A stretch of 64,000 bases of DNA from contig MU008166.1 of the NCBI GenBank assembly GCA_010909165.1, positions 186,001 to 250,000 on the forward strand, read 5' to 3'. The DNA comes from Anthoceros angustus. Lineage: Eukaryota; Plantae; Anthocerotophyta. The position numbers were made by a program, and so were the translations under genes. Positions 27,001-40,500 of the stretch are shown here, in pieces. The notes beneath the pieces are model-generated. The model was not told where the DNA came from, made no database searches, and saw only the letters and a program-made list of their open reading frames with translations. Within the stretch, counting starts at the first letter, position 1, and every line of letters starts with the position of its first letter.

Positions 27001-30000
27001 GGGAGGCCGTGTGGTGGCCGCGAGGAGAAATGGGTAGCAAGGAGGGTTGATACGAGATGTTGTTGAGGTGTGAGGAGTTCACCGGGAATAAGTCTTTATT
27101 CGTGAGTGTTATGCACAAGCCAATTGGGTGTTGGACAATGAATGTAAGAACCCGAGTTAAGCGTCCTAGGGGTGGATCAAGATGAGAGAGGAGCAGAATT
27201 GGTGCAAGGATGGGAGCGAGGAGCTCATGTTGAGGGTGAGCAGCCACAAGGGTTGCAAGAGGAGGCCATGGCGGTGCCGAGGCACATGGAAGTGCTCAAT
27301 GGAGTCACGATGTGAGGATGGCGTGTATTGAACTAGGAAAGGCCGTGGTAGAGCACTCACGGCAGCTGAATTTGTAGATGGGCTGCAAGATGGAGGTGTG
27401 GCCAAACCATAGGAAGGTGTGCTGCAACATGGTGAAGGGATCACAACGGGTGTGCATCATGACGGCGGAATTGCAGCAATGCAAGTCAAAGTGAAGGGAG
27501 GCCGTGTGGTGGCCGCGAGGAGAAATGGATAGCAAGGAGGGTTGATACGAGATGTTGTTGAGGTGTGAGGAGTTCACCGGGAATAAGTTCATTTTATTCA
27601 GTTGATGCACAAGCCAATTGGGTGTGTTGGACAATGAATGTAAGAACTGAGTTAAGCGTCCTAGGGGTGGATCAAGAGGATGGGGGCCTTTGTGTGAGGT
27701 GTTTCAACTTATTATATTTGCAGAAGTCACATGAGAGCCCCACGAGGGTAGGTGTAGGGTGATAGTTGGCCCTACAAGAATGGAGGGTACATGGACAGGG
27801 CATAGGTGTCAGCCACGAGGGTAGGATGTAGGGTAGGTAGATAGGTAGGATGTAGGGTAGGATGAGATGGTAGTGGAGGGTAGGATGTAGGGTAGGTGTA
27901 GGGAGTGGAGAGGTAGGCACGAGGATGGTAGTGGACGAGGGCATGGCACCCCACCGTAGGGAGGGAGGTGCACCCCACGGGAGGAGGTGCACCCCACGTG
28001 TGTGAAGGGAGGTGCACTCTATGTATGTATGTATGTATGTATGTATTCATGTATTCATGTATTCATGTATTCATGTATATGGGTAGGTGCGTGTCCATAA
28101 GCCCTACCGAGGTAGGGAACAAGGTAGGGAACAAGTAGGGGATAGAGATGCGGTAGGATGTAGGGTGCAGGGGCTCCCCTCCATTAGTTAGGTAGGTAGA
28201 TAGGTAGGATGAGGTCTCCCACGGGAGTGGTGAGGTCTCCTACCGTAGGAAGTGGAGAGGTCTCACCGAGGAAGTGGAGAGGTCTCCCACCGGAGAGTGG
28301 AGAGGATTCTACGTGAAAGTGCACACCCTACATGGATGGGAAGCAAGATTTGATAGCAGTACAAACCTAGGAAGTAATAATAAAACATAAATATGTGGGG
28401 TAGGTAGTGTAGGGTGTGGCCATGCAAGCGGGTGTGTAGGGAGTGGCACCTAGGAAGCCTCGAGGAATTGCACTAAGAGCTTGTGCATGCAAAGGAATGC
28501 AAAGGAAAGCTAGGAGCAAGGACTTGGTGAGAACGCGAGCCCATGTGTGTGCAAGGAGAAGGAGGTGTGCGTGCATAAGGAGTTGTGTGTGAAGGGATTT
28601 GAAGCACAATGAAGAGGGCAAGAGCTGAATTTGTGCCTAGGACCTTGCAAGTGAGGGATTTGCATAAGGAGTTGTAGGTGTGAGGACATCAAGTTTGAGC
28701 TAGGTGGGACCGTGGAGTGAAGAGGAAGTGGAAAAGGGCAAGTTGCTCTCTTGGTGGATTTTGTGGCAAGTGAAGAAATCTCGCAATTGTGTGTAGAACC
28801 GAGGTGACAACTAGGTGGAAACAAGGTGGGGTGTGCCCAAGCTTGTTGGTGCGCTTATTTTGAAGGTGCAAGATGGTGAAAGCGCTAAGAAGGGCAAGTT
28901 GCTAGGAGCCGTGAGAAGAGGAACTTGAGGAACTGAGAATAGGGATGCAAGGAAGAGCCCAACACATCCGGCTGTGTATGGAAGGCCAGAGGATGACTTG
29001 GAGGAGGAAGAGGAAGGCATGGAGCAAGATCCGCCACGGGAGACCTTCTTGCTGGAGAGTGGAGGCGGTAGGGCCATAAGAAGTCACGTCCGTAGGAGTG
29101 GAGAGGTCTCCCACGTAGAGTGGAGAGTACATGGAAGGTGCTACATGGATGGGAAGCAAGATTGTGGATAACGCAGTACAAACCTAGGAAGTAATAATAA
29201 AACATAAATATGTGGGGTAGGTAGTGTAGGGGTGGCCATGCAAGCGGGTGTAGGAGTGGCACCTAGGAAGCTCATGAGGAATTGCACTAAGAGCTTGCAT
29301 GCAAAGGAATGCAAAGGAAAGCTAGAGCAAGGACTTGGTGAGAACGCGATGCCCATGTGTGTGCAAGGAGAAGGAGGTGTGCGTGCATAAGGAGTTGTGT
29401 GTGAAGGGATTTGAAGCACAATTGTGAAGAGGGCAGCGGAGCTGAATTTTGCGTGCCCAGGACCTTGCAAGTGAGGGATTTGGGCGCATAAGGAGGTGTA
29501 TGTTGTGAGGGCATCAAGTTTGAGCTAGGTGGGACTGTGGAGTGAAGAGGAAGTAAGTGGAAAAGGGCTGAAGTTGCTCTCTTGGTGGATTTTGTGGCAA
29601 GTGAAGAAATCTCGCAATTGTGTGTAGACACCGAGGTGACAACTAGGTGGAAACAAGGTGGGGTGTGCCCAAGCTTGTTGGTGCGCTTATTTTGAAGGTG
29701 CAAGATGGTGAAAGCGCTGCACCTAAGAAGGGCAAGTTGGTTGCTAGGGAGCCGTGAGAAGAGGAACTTGAGGAACTAGGGAGGATGCAAGGAAGAGCCC
29801 AACACATCCGGCTGTGTATGGAAGGCCGAGAGGATGACTGGAGGAGGAAGAGGAAGGCATGGAGCAAGATCCGCCACGGGAGACCTTCTTGCGGGAGAGT
29901 GGAGGCGAGGGCCATAAGAAGTGACCCCACGTAGGAGGTGTAGAGGGTGGCCCTACATCCGTAGGATCACCAGGCGACGCATCTAGAGGTAATTGAAGAG

Positions 30001-31326
30001 GGTGGTGGTAGCTTGGAGTGTGGGCTCATTGCTTGGGGAGACTTTTCTTTAGGGAGGAGGAATGCTTGTCAACCCAAGAGGGTGTGTTGACTAGCTGGAT
30101 AGGAATGGATGTGAGCCATTAAGGCTCACATAGGTGAATTTGCTAGAATAGAATTTTACCCAAGATGCTTGGATGTCGAACTTAAAATCGACGGTAGGAT
30201 ACACTAAAATAAGGAGTGAGGCAGGCTGTGAGGGCGCGCTGTGGGAGGTCAGATGTGAGGACCTCCCTACAAAAGGAGGGAGCTTGTGAAGTAAAATTAT
30301 CGTGTCTTGCGCCCCTACCTGCGAGTCCTTTGCTCCTTGTGAAGGAAGTTCGTGCCTACCGCAAGCCAACGAAGGCCCGTAGAGAGGAGTTTGACGGGCC
30401 GGAGTGCTTGGCGGAGAGCTCCTTGCGGGCGCCCGCAGTTGCTCCCTTGTGAATGGTTGTGAAATTGCTTTGCTTTGGGTGTGTGGCGATGCCCAAGGAA
30501 CTCTCGGCTTGAGGGTAGACTACAGGAAAGACTCGGAGGTTCTCGCCGTCTGTGCAAACTCACAGCAACCCGCCCAAGGAAGAACTTGTTGGCTTGTAGG
30601 AGCACCCCAGCCAGCTGTAAGGGCGAGCTAGCTGAGCTTGAAGTAAGGTTAGATTAGGAGGATGAGGAGTTGAGTTGAGGTGAGTGTTGAGGAGAATGTG
30701 GAGCTGAATGTTGAGTAGAGGAGTAGGTAGAGATTAGAGTAAGAAGAAGGCCCAAGTCGAGCCTAAGGGAGGGTCCCAACGCACCAAACCGAGACCGAAG
30801 CCGGGCTAAGGTCTCAAAATCACGGGTGGAGAAGTCGCTACCGTAGGGGGTCCCTTGCGCGAGACGGTGGACCTACTGTAGGGCGGGACCCACGATCGTA
30901 GGATGTCGTTGTAGGTCCAGAGTGGTGACCGAAAGGCGGGAGTGGCGGGCCGCCGAGTTGGTGGTTGAGGATGCCAATTGTGGGAAGGCGATGGGAAAGG
31001 AATAGTGGAAGATCACGGGTGGTGAAGTCGCGCTGCAACGAGGGGGTCCCTACGTGAGTCACCGACCCACCGTGTGGACCCACAAATGAGGGGTGTCGCC
31101 AGGTAGAGGCGTGGTGAATTTACGGGCGTGGCGGTGTAGCCGAGAGGGAGCGTGAGAGGGCGCCTTGCTTGTTTAGAAGGCCGAGGTAGTGTGTAGTTGT
31201 AGGTAGCGATCGATTTCAAGATCCGACTGCTCCACAAGTCTCATGGGACGAAACCCAACGTACAAACGATGGGATAAGTGTGGCCACTAGAGGGTGAATC
31301 TCGGAAGCCCCGGATCCGCCACCACA
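24050..31326 (+). repeat. 5' LTR of Gypsy-A (about 4.0 kb once four internal duplications are removed)
   Basis: Matches 51665-56727. Internal duplications at about 24112-24690, 24481-28306 (with inner 26700-27670) and 28320-29930 are absent from the 3' LTR. Confidence 0.9.
25849..26160. repeat. Simple repeats in the Gypsy-A LTR: (TATG)n, (ATTCATGT)n, GTAGGGAACAAG x3, GTGGAGAGGTCTCCCAC-like repeats
   Basis: Visible directly. Repeated at about 28020-28306 and 53150-53440. Confidence 0.9.
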
Positions 31327-31329
31327 TTT

Positions 31330-31343
31330 TGGCGCTGTCGGGA
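31330..31343 (+). other. PBS of Gypsy-A, TGGCGCTGTCGGGA
   Basis: Follows the LTR end CCACA+TTT. The identical 14-mer follows the Gypsy-B 5' LTR at 37136-37149. Confidence 0.85.
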
Positions 31344-32355
31344 CTTGTTGTCGAACGTTGAAATTTTGAGATTTTCGCTAGCTTGCAGAAGAGCCGAGAA
31401 GATCTTGTAAGGAGGTGGAGCGGGGGTCTAGGAAGAAGCCTATACGTCCTAGAACCCGTGCGTTGTGAAGGAGGAGCTCCACGCCTCCTGAATGGTGTGA
31501 TTTGTGTGTTCCTGCAGCAAAAACGGCCGTGTCAGGAGCTGGCTGATTTTTTCTTTGACCATCGTGTGTTGGAGGCTATGAGGACGCTTGCAGATGTCTA
31601 GCAGAGGGAGGGGACGAGGAGAAAGCCGTAGGAGGTCACCCCCACCAGTTACTGCAAGAGATCTGAGAGCTGCAAGAAGAAATCAATTGAGGGAGGAAAA
31701 CGCCGTGCTTGCACGCCTTCGTGGAGGAGGAGGAGACAAGGGCGCTCGAGGAGGAGGCCGTTTTTGCCCTTGCCTGCAAGGGGGAGGCAAGAAATCCGGA
31801 AGAAAACTCCTGGAGAAGCGGATGTGGAAATCACTAACAGCGAAATAAAGGAGGTGGTTGAAGAGGAGTTGGTGTATGAAGAGGAAAGCGAGGAGGAGGC
31901 ACCATTTCTTGAGTGCGATTCAAATTCAGCTACCAGCACTGGGCCTTCTCAACGCTGGACCTTCAGGAGTGGTGGATCTAGCTCAACTTCCAGCGAAACA
32001 GAAAGTGAAGAAGGTGGGGTGAGCAGTGGGGAATTTCAGGCGTGGTCTGAAGATCTTGCGGAGCGCCTTGATAGAATCACTGCTCACCAGCCTTGGGACG
32101 CACACCTAGGGAGACACCATCCCACAACCGTCCCCCAATCTTGTGTGACACCCTTTCTCGCAGAGAACTTTGGTTGGAGAATTTACTGCAGGAGAGGAAG
32201 GGAGTGTGAGTTCGCCTAGCTCATCCGGACCAAGCAACATGAGTGGAACAGAGTAGGAGGGGATTTGGCTTGATAGTTGTGTGTTGAGGGGTGTGAGCGC
32301 TGCGTAAGTCTAGCCTGGGAGGGAGGAAGTACTTTCGGTAGGAGTTGAGAGGAGA

Positions 32356-35300
32356 TGTGGAAGACCACATGTGAACCAACCCCGCCTCAAGTGTCGTGAA
32401 CGATTTTTTTGTTTTGGGTGTGTTAGAATAGCAGTGCTTTGAGAATCGTCGAGTCGTCTTTTATACGGAATGGTCCTTGGCCCTTGGAGATAATAATAAT
32501 TTTTCGACCCTTAGGTTTGACCCGGAGGGGGGGTAGAAATAGAGTCCTTGGGTATTGGGAATTTTAGAATAAAAGGTGTCTATATATGCTAGGGATGCTC
32601 ACAATATGCGCTTGTGTAGTCAAGGGGTGGTGGCTAGTTCCACCACGGGCCGAGAAACGGACGCATGCACTGTGGGAATTTACAACCCTAGTGGCGGAGC
32701 GGGACTACCACCGGAGCGCAATCGGGAGAAGGGCACACCCAAGACCGCGAGGTCGCGACTTTCCGTGAGGGGCACGGAGCGAGCCGCAGAAGAGGGGCGC
32801 GCACACCACGCCAGCCAAATCACCGCCTCACTGCAGGAGGAAAAGGCGCACGACGATCAGGCAGAGCGCGGCGGAGGAGAGAAATCGCCGCAAGTTCGCG
32901 AGGAGGCGTGGAAGGAGCGCGAGGGCGGCTCGATTTTTTTCTTCCGACCGATCCGCAGGGTAGTCGAGGTTTTGTTTTGGGAGACAACGAGAGAAGGAGA
33001 TGGCGCCGAGCCGCGCCGAAATCCACTCACGCAGGGCCCAACATGGACCATCGGAAAGTGAGAGCCGGGCACTGTGCGTGAGCCGGGTCTCAAGTTCATG
33101 GAGAAGAAATGGTGCTACGACACCGCATTGGTGCAAGAGTGCGCCCGCAATTAAGGACCAAGTCGCAAGAGGGTGACGCGAGGAAAAGGCCGAATGGGGA
33201 TTTGGCCCTTTCGAAAGGGCGGGGCGAAGCATCGAGGATGGGAGCTTGGTGATTGACCCCAAAGAAGACCTTGAAAGCCGCAGCGCCGCGCCATGAAGCC
33301 TCGGGAAGTGAGAGTGAACAATGGTCGGGTGACTCGCCAACTCGTGTTCTGCACTGGTGGGATTGGCCAAATGGATTTTGTGTTCCTATGTAACCTAAGT
33401 CGGATCATATGGCGGATCACTTCTTGGTTTTTCTTCACGAGGTGGTCAAGGGTACACAAATTGATTGGGGAGGATGATTTTCGAAAGAGCCTGTGAGGAG
33501 AAGGCGAATTTACTCTTCTTCCCTCGGCCCTCCTTGATTTCGCCTTTTCCGATTCATGTATTTGCGCATTCCGGTGTTTAACGGAGTTGAAGTCGTGGTC
33601 CGCCCGCATGGTTGGAAGCCTCAGGAACTCAAGGTAGAAGAGGAGGAATTGAAGGAGGATTCGGCAAGGATTCCAGTAGCTTGGGAGTGCGCTCGAAGGT
33701 TCTAAGAGGAGGGAAGTTTCCAAGGGTAAGAAGCGACAACGGTCGAACGGGATCGAAGAAGGGAGGGCAGCAGCAGAGGAGGAACCCAGCCCACACCTGT
33801 GGTCACCAGTCAAGACGGCAGCAGAACGCTGTAAAGGAGGAAAAGTAAAGGGAAATGGCAAGTTGCTCCTGTGTGCAGGGGATGAATCGCCGCTAGGGGA
33901 GAATGAAGGGAAGAGGCAAGGCACCAACCCCTAGGAGAGGAGGGGTTAACTTCAGCCGAGACCGCAACGGAGCTCGGACATTTTTGGCGACATTTCACCG
34001 AACTCCCTACGAGGTGGGGATAGGAGACACCGCCGACACGAGAATTGTTGTGGAGGCGGATGGGCAAGGGACAGCCCAATTTGGGGATTTGGTGGTTTGA
34101 CTTGCCATGGCATGACGCAGCGGATCTCCTCGATCACCCATGGCTCTCACTGGCCGAGTGTGCAAGGCCAACAGGAGAAGTTGCTCAAGGAGAAGTTGGA
34201 GAGCCTGGAAGGCGAGAGCAAGGCGGCCGAGGAGCGCAGACGGAGTGCGGCGGCCTTATGCAAGGCACAGGTGAGCAAGGCACATGTCCACTCGCAGAAG
34301 CTTTAGTAAATCAGTCAAGGGGCGATGCTACAATTGAAGAGCTTCGTGATGAGGTCTCGCGAGTCCAGAGTGTGGAAGCGATGGCGCCTTGGAGAAATTC
34401 AAGAAATCATGAGAGGTACAAGCGGAAAGAGACGGGCTAGGGCCGAGTCAAGAGAGAGGTGGCCAAACCAAGAAAGGCCGAGCAATGCCACCGCAGAGCC
34501 AAACAACCACCGTGGGGAAGAACCACCACGGTGGCTAAACCAGCCAGTGGAACGGGAACCGAGGTGGGGAAGTCACCACGGAGTGTCGCAGATGGAGGGA
34601 TGATCCCCGAGAATCAGCCAGAGATTGTCCACGGAGGAGAGGGTAAGGACCTCAGATCGGCGACAGTTACGGCCCCGGATGAGGATGCTCATGTCCCCGG
34701 CTTCCGCATGGTTGGAAGCCGTGGAACTCAAGGTAGAAGAGGAGGAATTGAAGGAGGATTCGGGCAAGGATTCCAGTAGCTTGGGAGTGCGCTCGAAGGT
34801 TAAGAGGAGGGAAGTTTCCAAGGGTAAGAAGCGAAGGGGCGAACGGCCGAACGGGATCGGGGGGAGGAGCAGCAGCAGAGGAGGAACCCAGCCCACACCT
34901 GTGGTCACCAGTCAAGACAGCAGGAACGCGGTAAAGGAGGAAAAGTAAAGGGAAATGGCAAGTTGCTCCTCCTGTGCAGGAACGCCGCTAGGGGAGAATG
35001 AAGCGGAAGAGGCAAGGCACCAACCCCTAGGAGAGGAGGGGTTAACTTCAGCCGAGACCGCAACGAGCTCGGACATTTTTGGCGACATTTCACCGAACTC
35101 CCGGCCGAGGTGGGGATAGGAGACACCGCCGACACGAGAATTGTTGTGGAGGCGGATGGGCAAGGGACAGCCCAATTTGGGGATTTGGTGGTTTGACTTC
35201 GCCATGGCATGACGCAGCGGATCTCCTCGATCACCCATGGCTCTCACTGGCCGAGTGTGCAAGGCCAACAGGAGAAGTTGCTCAAGGAGAAGTTGGAGAG

Positions 35301-37132
35301 CCTGGAAGGCGAGAGCAAGGCGGCCGAGGAGCGCAGACGGAGTGCGGCGGCCTTATGCAAGGCACAGGAGCGGAAGGCACATGTCCACTCGCAGAAGCTT
35401 TAGTAAATCAGTCAAGGGGCGATGCTACAATTGAAGAGCTGTGATGAGGTCTCGAGTCCAGAGTGTGGAAGCGATGGCGCCTTGGAGAAATTCAAGAAAT
35501 CGGAGAGGTACAAGCGGAAAGAGACGGCTAGGGCCGAGTCAAGAGAGAGGTGGCCAAACCAAGAAAGGCCGAGCAATGCCACCGCAGAGCCAAACAACCA
35601 CCGTGGGGAAGAACCACCACGGTGGCTAAACCACCACCGTGGAACGGGAACCGAGGTGGGGAAGTCACCACGGAGTGTCGCAGATGGAGGGACATCCCCG
35701 AGAATCAACAGCACCGCCTGTGATTGTCCACGGAGGAGAGGGTAAGGACCTCAGACGAAGGGGCGACAGTTACGGCGTCCGGATGAGGATGCTCATGTCC
35801 GGCTCGCCGCATGGTGAGCGTGCTCACTCTAAACGTGTATGTGGTTGTTGGGACAGAGGGGCGTAAACCACCGGTCAGACATCTTGACCGCCACAGCGCT
35901 ACTGCTGGTTCCTTCGAGTAGGAGCGGGCGCCTATCCTCCGCAAGTGGTGCCGAAGAGATGAGCGAGGCGCAGCGAGCATGGAGGGAGGAGCACAGTATG
36001 GTTGTCCAAATGAGGAGGAGCGGACAATGGACATAGAGGTCACAAGCGCCACGGGAAGGCGCGAGGGAAATTCAAAAGGAGAGCAGGTGGAGGTTGTGGG
36101 GAAAATCGCCGGATCGGCGAGGTCAAGAGCGAGAGGGTCCCCATGGGCCGAGGGCGAGGCAAAGAATCGCGAGGCGCAGGCTGATTTTAGGAGAGTCGCG
36201 ATAGCCTAGGACCGGGTTTTTCAGTAGAGGATAGGGAGTTCCATCACCGTAGAGTCATTGTTGCTTAGATTGGTAAGGCGCCGTGGTAGGAGCTACAATT
36301 TTAGACACTAAAGAGAAGTGAGTCGTGACCAGATGTATAAGAGACCCTTTGGGTGTCTCTCAAGGCGACGATTTCGTGTGAACTTCCGTATCGAACCGCC
36401 GAGGGGGTTGATTGGAGACGCCCGTCAAGATCAAACGGGTTCGCGACCGCCTTCTCGTCACAAGAAGGCCGGAAGATCTCGGATGGTCGAGAGCGGAGTG
36501 GCCAAGCTCCACGCCTGGGTAACGGAAGGCGCCACGAAAAGAGGTAGGAGTGCCGCGGACGGCCGAGGCGGAATCCGGAAGGCGAATCGCCCAAGCACGA
36601 CCGGGTTTTTCCCGATCCTCTTCCAACCGCTGCCACTGTGTGTTCATTCCATGAGAGGGGTCTGTGGCCCAAGGAGGGGTCTGTGTGGCCCAAGGGAAAA
36701 GGGGTCTGTGGCCCGTGAGACGAGAGAGTTCATTGGGAAAGGTTCCTGGGGAGGTGCGCTACCGGGAGGGATTGTGAGAGTGAGGGAAAATCGAAACGCG
36801 AGGGGGAGTGGAAGCGTGGTAGGATCGCAAATTCCGGGAGGCGATATAGGTGTCCGATAGCCCCTAGGTCCGTGTTAGAGAAGTCGGTGACGAATAGACT
36901 CGCGAAGGCGGCGTGGTGGGGGCCCGCCATGGCCGAACCGCCACGCGGTGGCCGAGTCTACCACGGTGGTGGGTTTGGGCAGTAGAAGGTGAGGTGAGCG
37001 ACGGGGTCTAGAATCCATAGATTTAGCACACCTTGACACAACACCATTCCCTTGGGATCGAATCCTAGGACTATAACGACATAGAGGGTAAATGTGGCCT
37101 CTTTGCGCCTTCGATGCAAAACCCATTCCACA
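32356..37132 (+). repeat. 5' LTR of Gypsy-B (about 3.7 kb after removing the 33605-34704/34705-35810 duplication)
   Basis: Matches 44335-48196. The duplication junction has CCGCATGGT microhomology. Confidence 0.9.
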
Positions 37133-37549
37133 TTTTGGCGCTGTCGGGAATGAAATCACAAGGTTATAGGGGACTAACCATAGCTTAGGTGTCTAGTTTT
37201 GGAGTGTATCTAGTTAGGTAGATGGATGCCACGGTTGAGTCGAGGGTTCGAGTCAAGTCGGACGGAAGGCCACACGAGAAGCGACAACGCCAAGCAATCG
37301 GAAAGGTTAAAAGGGTTGCAAACCGCGAGTTGAGGAGGGTCCACCAAGACGCACCCGCTGGAAGGAGAAGGAGGTAAGGAAGCAACAGGGACGGGGTCCG
37401 ATCTTGTTGGAGCAAGATCCCCAACCTCGGACTTGGACGAGGTACCACCGCCAAGGAACCTCGGACCAATTCCATCCACCGACCTCTTCCAAAAGTGTGC
37501 GATCGTGAGATCAATCGACTCGCAGAACCGTTGTTGGACCAACCACGCC

Positions 37550-40500
37550 GAATCAAGAACGATAGTCATGACCACCACCACACCGGTGGTGGTCACCACC
37601 AAGCAACCTTATCCTAGATGAGAGGGAAGGGGTATGAAGACCGATGAATTTGTTGAGCGCTTTGAGCACCGACATTTGCAAACCAGAAGCGGAGATGCAC
37701 AACAGATTCATTGTTCTATGGAGTTCTTCGGGGTCCAGTGGTATAGGCGAATACCTCAAGTCGCCCACACCTCCAAAGAACCTATGAAGAATTAAAACCG
37801 CCTGTGAAAGGTCTGGGGCTTGACGAGAGGGATACGTGTTGTCCAAGCTTGAAAACCCGCAGAGGAAAGAAGGAACCTTGCGGTGCGATGTGGAGAGGTT
37901 TCACCACGCGATCAAGTGGCCTCACTCGAGTTGCGGTGCACACGGTGGTTCGCTAAAGGCCCGGGTTCTAAGATGGGGAGACACGAAGGTTACAAGCGGA
38001 GAAGAATTTGGGCAAGGCTATCAAGGCGGCGCTAAACTATGAGGAATCCAACCCGCAAGGGAGGAGGAAGGCTAAGAAGGAGAAGAAGAAGCCTCAGATG
38101 GAAAAAGAAGGATCCTCATCCTCCTCGGAAGTTCATCGTGAAGAAAGCTCCACGAAGATTCCATGAAAGTTCCTGAGGAGGAAACGAGGATGGAGGAAGC
38201 GCCATCGATGAGGAGCGCCAAATGGAAAAAGAAATGAAGGGTGCACGGACAACAAGGAGTGGCAAGGGCAAAACAGAGGCGATGTACGCAAAGAAGGACG
38301 CGAACAAGGAGAAGGGAGGCCGAGGTAGCAGCCAAGAAAGTAGAACAACAGGGAACAAGATGGAGGAGATGATGGCAAAATTCGAGAAATTCCATCTTAA
38401 TGCGGTCAAGGAACATGAGAGGCGGAGAGTCACGAACCCACGAGCCAACCTCTTCGCTCAACGTGTGGGCAGGGACACTCCAAAGCTAATTGTCCGACGA
38501 CAAGGGTACACCGGGATATGAGGAAGAGGAGGAAGAGGGTCCGTGGAAGATACATACGATCCGGAGGTTCCAACCCAAGTGTACCCAAAGACCATGTACC
38601 CGCCAACCTACGTAATTCCACGGGTATGTCAGAACCACAACAATAAATGGGTACCGCCTTGTGCTATAATTGTCGCAACCTTGACACTATGCGCATGCCC
38701 CTTATCCAACTCCAAGGCAATGGAGATTTTGATAAACTATGTCAAGATTGTAGCAAGCAGGGCATTTGGTGAAGTGTGCTCGCCAAAGCCCCAAAGACGG
38801 TGAGGATCGCAGCCCACCCGTAACGGGAGTTCCCACCAACCCAAGTCCGGTCCGCCATGCATGTTGAGGACGCACTTATGGCGGTATGGGAGGATGCCGA
38901 GATTGGAACCCCGAGGAGCTTGGAGGGATTAGACGAGGAAGCGATTATTATGGGGAAGCCTCATGGTCATAGAACAAGGAGCACAAAAGCAAAAGAGAGG
39001 CGACGTGGGGAAAAAAGAAGAAAGGAGGCGGATACGACCACGGATCGATGAGGGAGAGAGTGCCACCACTGGAAATACCAACACCGGAACGCAAAGAAGA
39101 AAAACAAGTCCCGCAGTGACTTGGCGGATGGACCATATGTGCAAAAGAGTGATGCAGAGACTGAGTGTTCCAATGCGGAAAGGTGAATGAAGGGTCCGAG
39201 AAGTGAACCCCACCGATTTCAGAAAGTTACCGAACCGAGTTAGGGTTTCCACCGACGAGAAGTCATGGATATGATACAAGAAGAATTGGCAAGGAGGCTA
39301 CGGGAAAAGGCGGGGTGTCGATTTCCACCACCCTGTGGGAGTCCACCACCCCACCGGAAGGGCCACCGCACTCAAGTCATGACGAACCGGGAACCCACAC
39401 CAACCAAACTCGGATGGCGAAGGTCGGGCCACCGCTTCTCAATCTCGCCGAGGCCATCATGGACCAACATTTCATGATCACATTCGGACAACTCCTCCGA
39501 GACAATCCATGGTATAGGCAATGATCGAGGGCGTTAAAAGAGGCGCAACCCAAAAGAGGCGCAATGTTCCTATACCCCGCCGCATGAACTTGGTATCCAT
39601 GGTGGATCAAGGCCCACCAACCTGTGGAAATTTCGGATGTGTCATCAAAGGAGTGCCTCCTCGGGTGTAAATATTATGATGTAAGACACGGCTAGGAAAT
39701 TGGGCTTGGATATTGAACATACTACCAAGGTTTTGAGGCTAGCCGACATGTCCGTAATGGTGCTTGGGGAACTGGGTGCTAACGACCATTGGAACCATCC
39801 CTACTTGATGGATTATGTAGTCATCCAAAGAAAATCGCTGTGGTACGACGCCCCTAATTGGCCGAACATGGATGTACGATCGCAATGCACGCCAAGTGGG
39901 GAGGAAGGAAGTCGGTTTTAAACCGCTGGAATGGGATCCCAAGACCAAGGAGGGAAGGATGTGCCTATCGTGAGTAAGGACATGTATGCGTGAAACTCCA
40001 ATCAAATGTAGGGTACACTCGGCAGAGGACACGGGGAGATGCAAGAGGAAGATAGGTTCCTCACACATCTCATGGTCCGATGAGGAGCGGACTACCGCAG
40101 ATATCCATATACAATTAACCCCGAGGGTCGTTACGGGTAACCGCCGAATGCTCAAGGGGTCCGGCGGATTCTAACAGCAGTGGAGAAAGCCGGAGGAGGC
40201 GCCACGCAGTTCACGCCGGAGGATTTGTTTAGGGAATGGGGCATGAGAGAAGAGGAACCGCGGAGCCGAAGAAGGATTCGGGTTAGCACCGCACGAGAGC
40301 GCGAGTGGGTACAGGATGAAGTCAAGGACGTTGAGGTTCTTCCGGAAGGTGCTCAAATTCTCCGTAACAATGGATGCGGCGTTGGAGGAAGGAATGAAGC
40401 AACCGCTGCGTAATTCATCGATGTTTTCGCCGAGGTAACAGACATGAAGGGATCCCCAAAGAATGGGCGAGCATAGGATTGACTCGGAACCGTGAGCAAT

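Noticed and set aside
24050-31326. The many 60-180 aa ORFs listed on both strands within the Gypsy-A LTRs
   Set aside because: They are not preserved between LTR copies, show no motifs, and are explained by the strong purine/pyrimidine strand bias.
32341-32355. Purine run GGAGTTGAGAGGAGA read as a PPT, which would make 32356 a 3' LTR
   Set aside because: That LTR is followed by a PBS (37136) and gag-pol, so it is a 5' LTR. The purine run is Gypsy-A target sequence.
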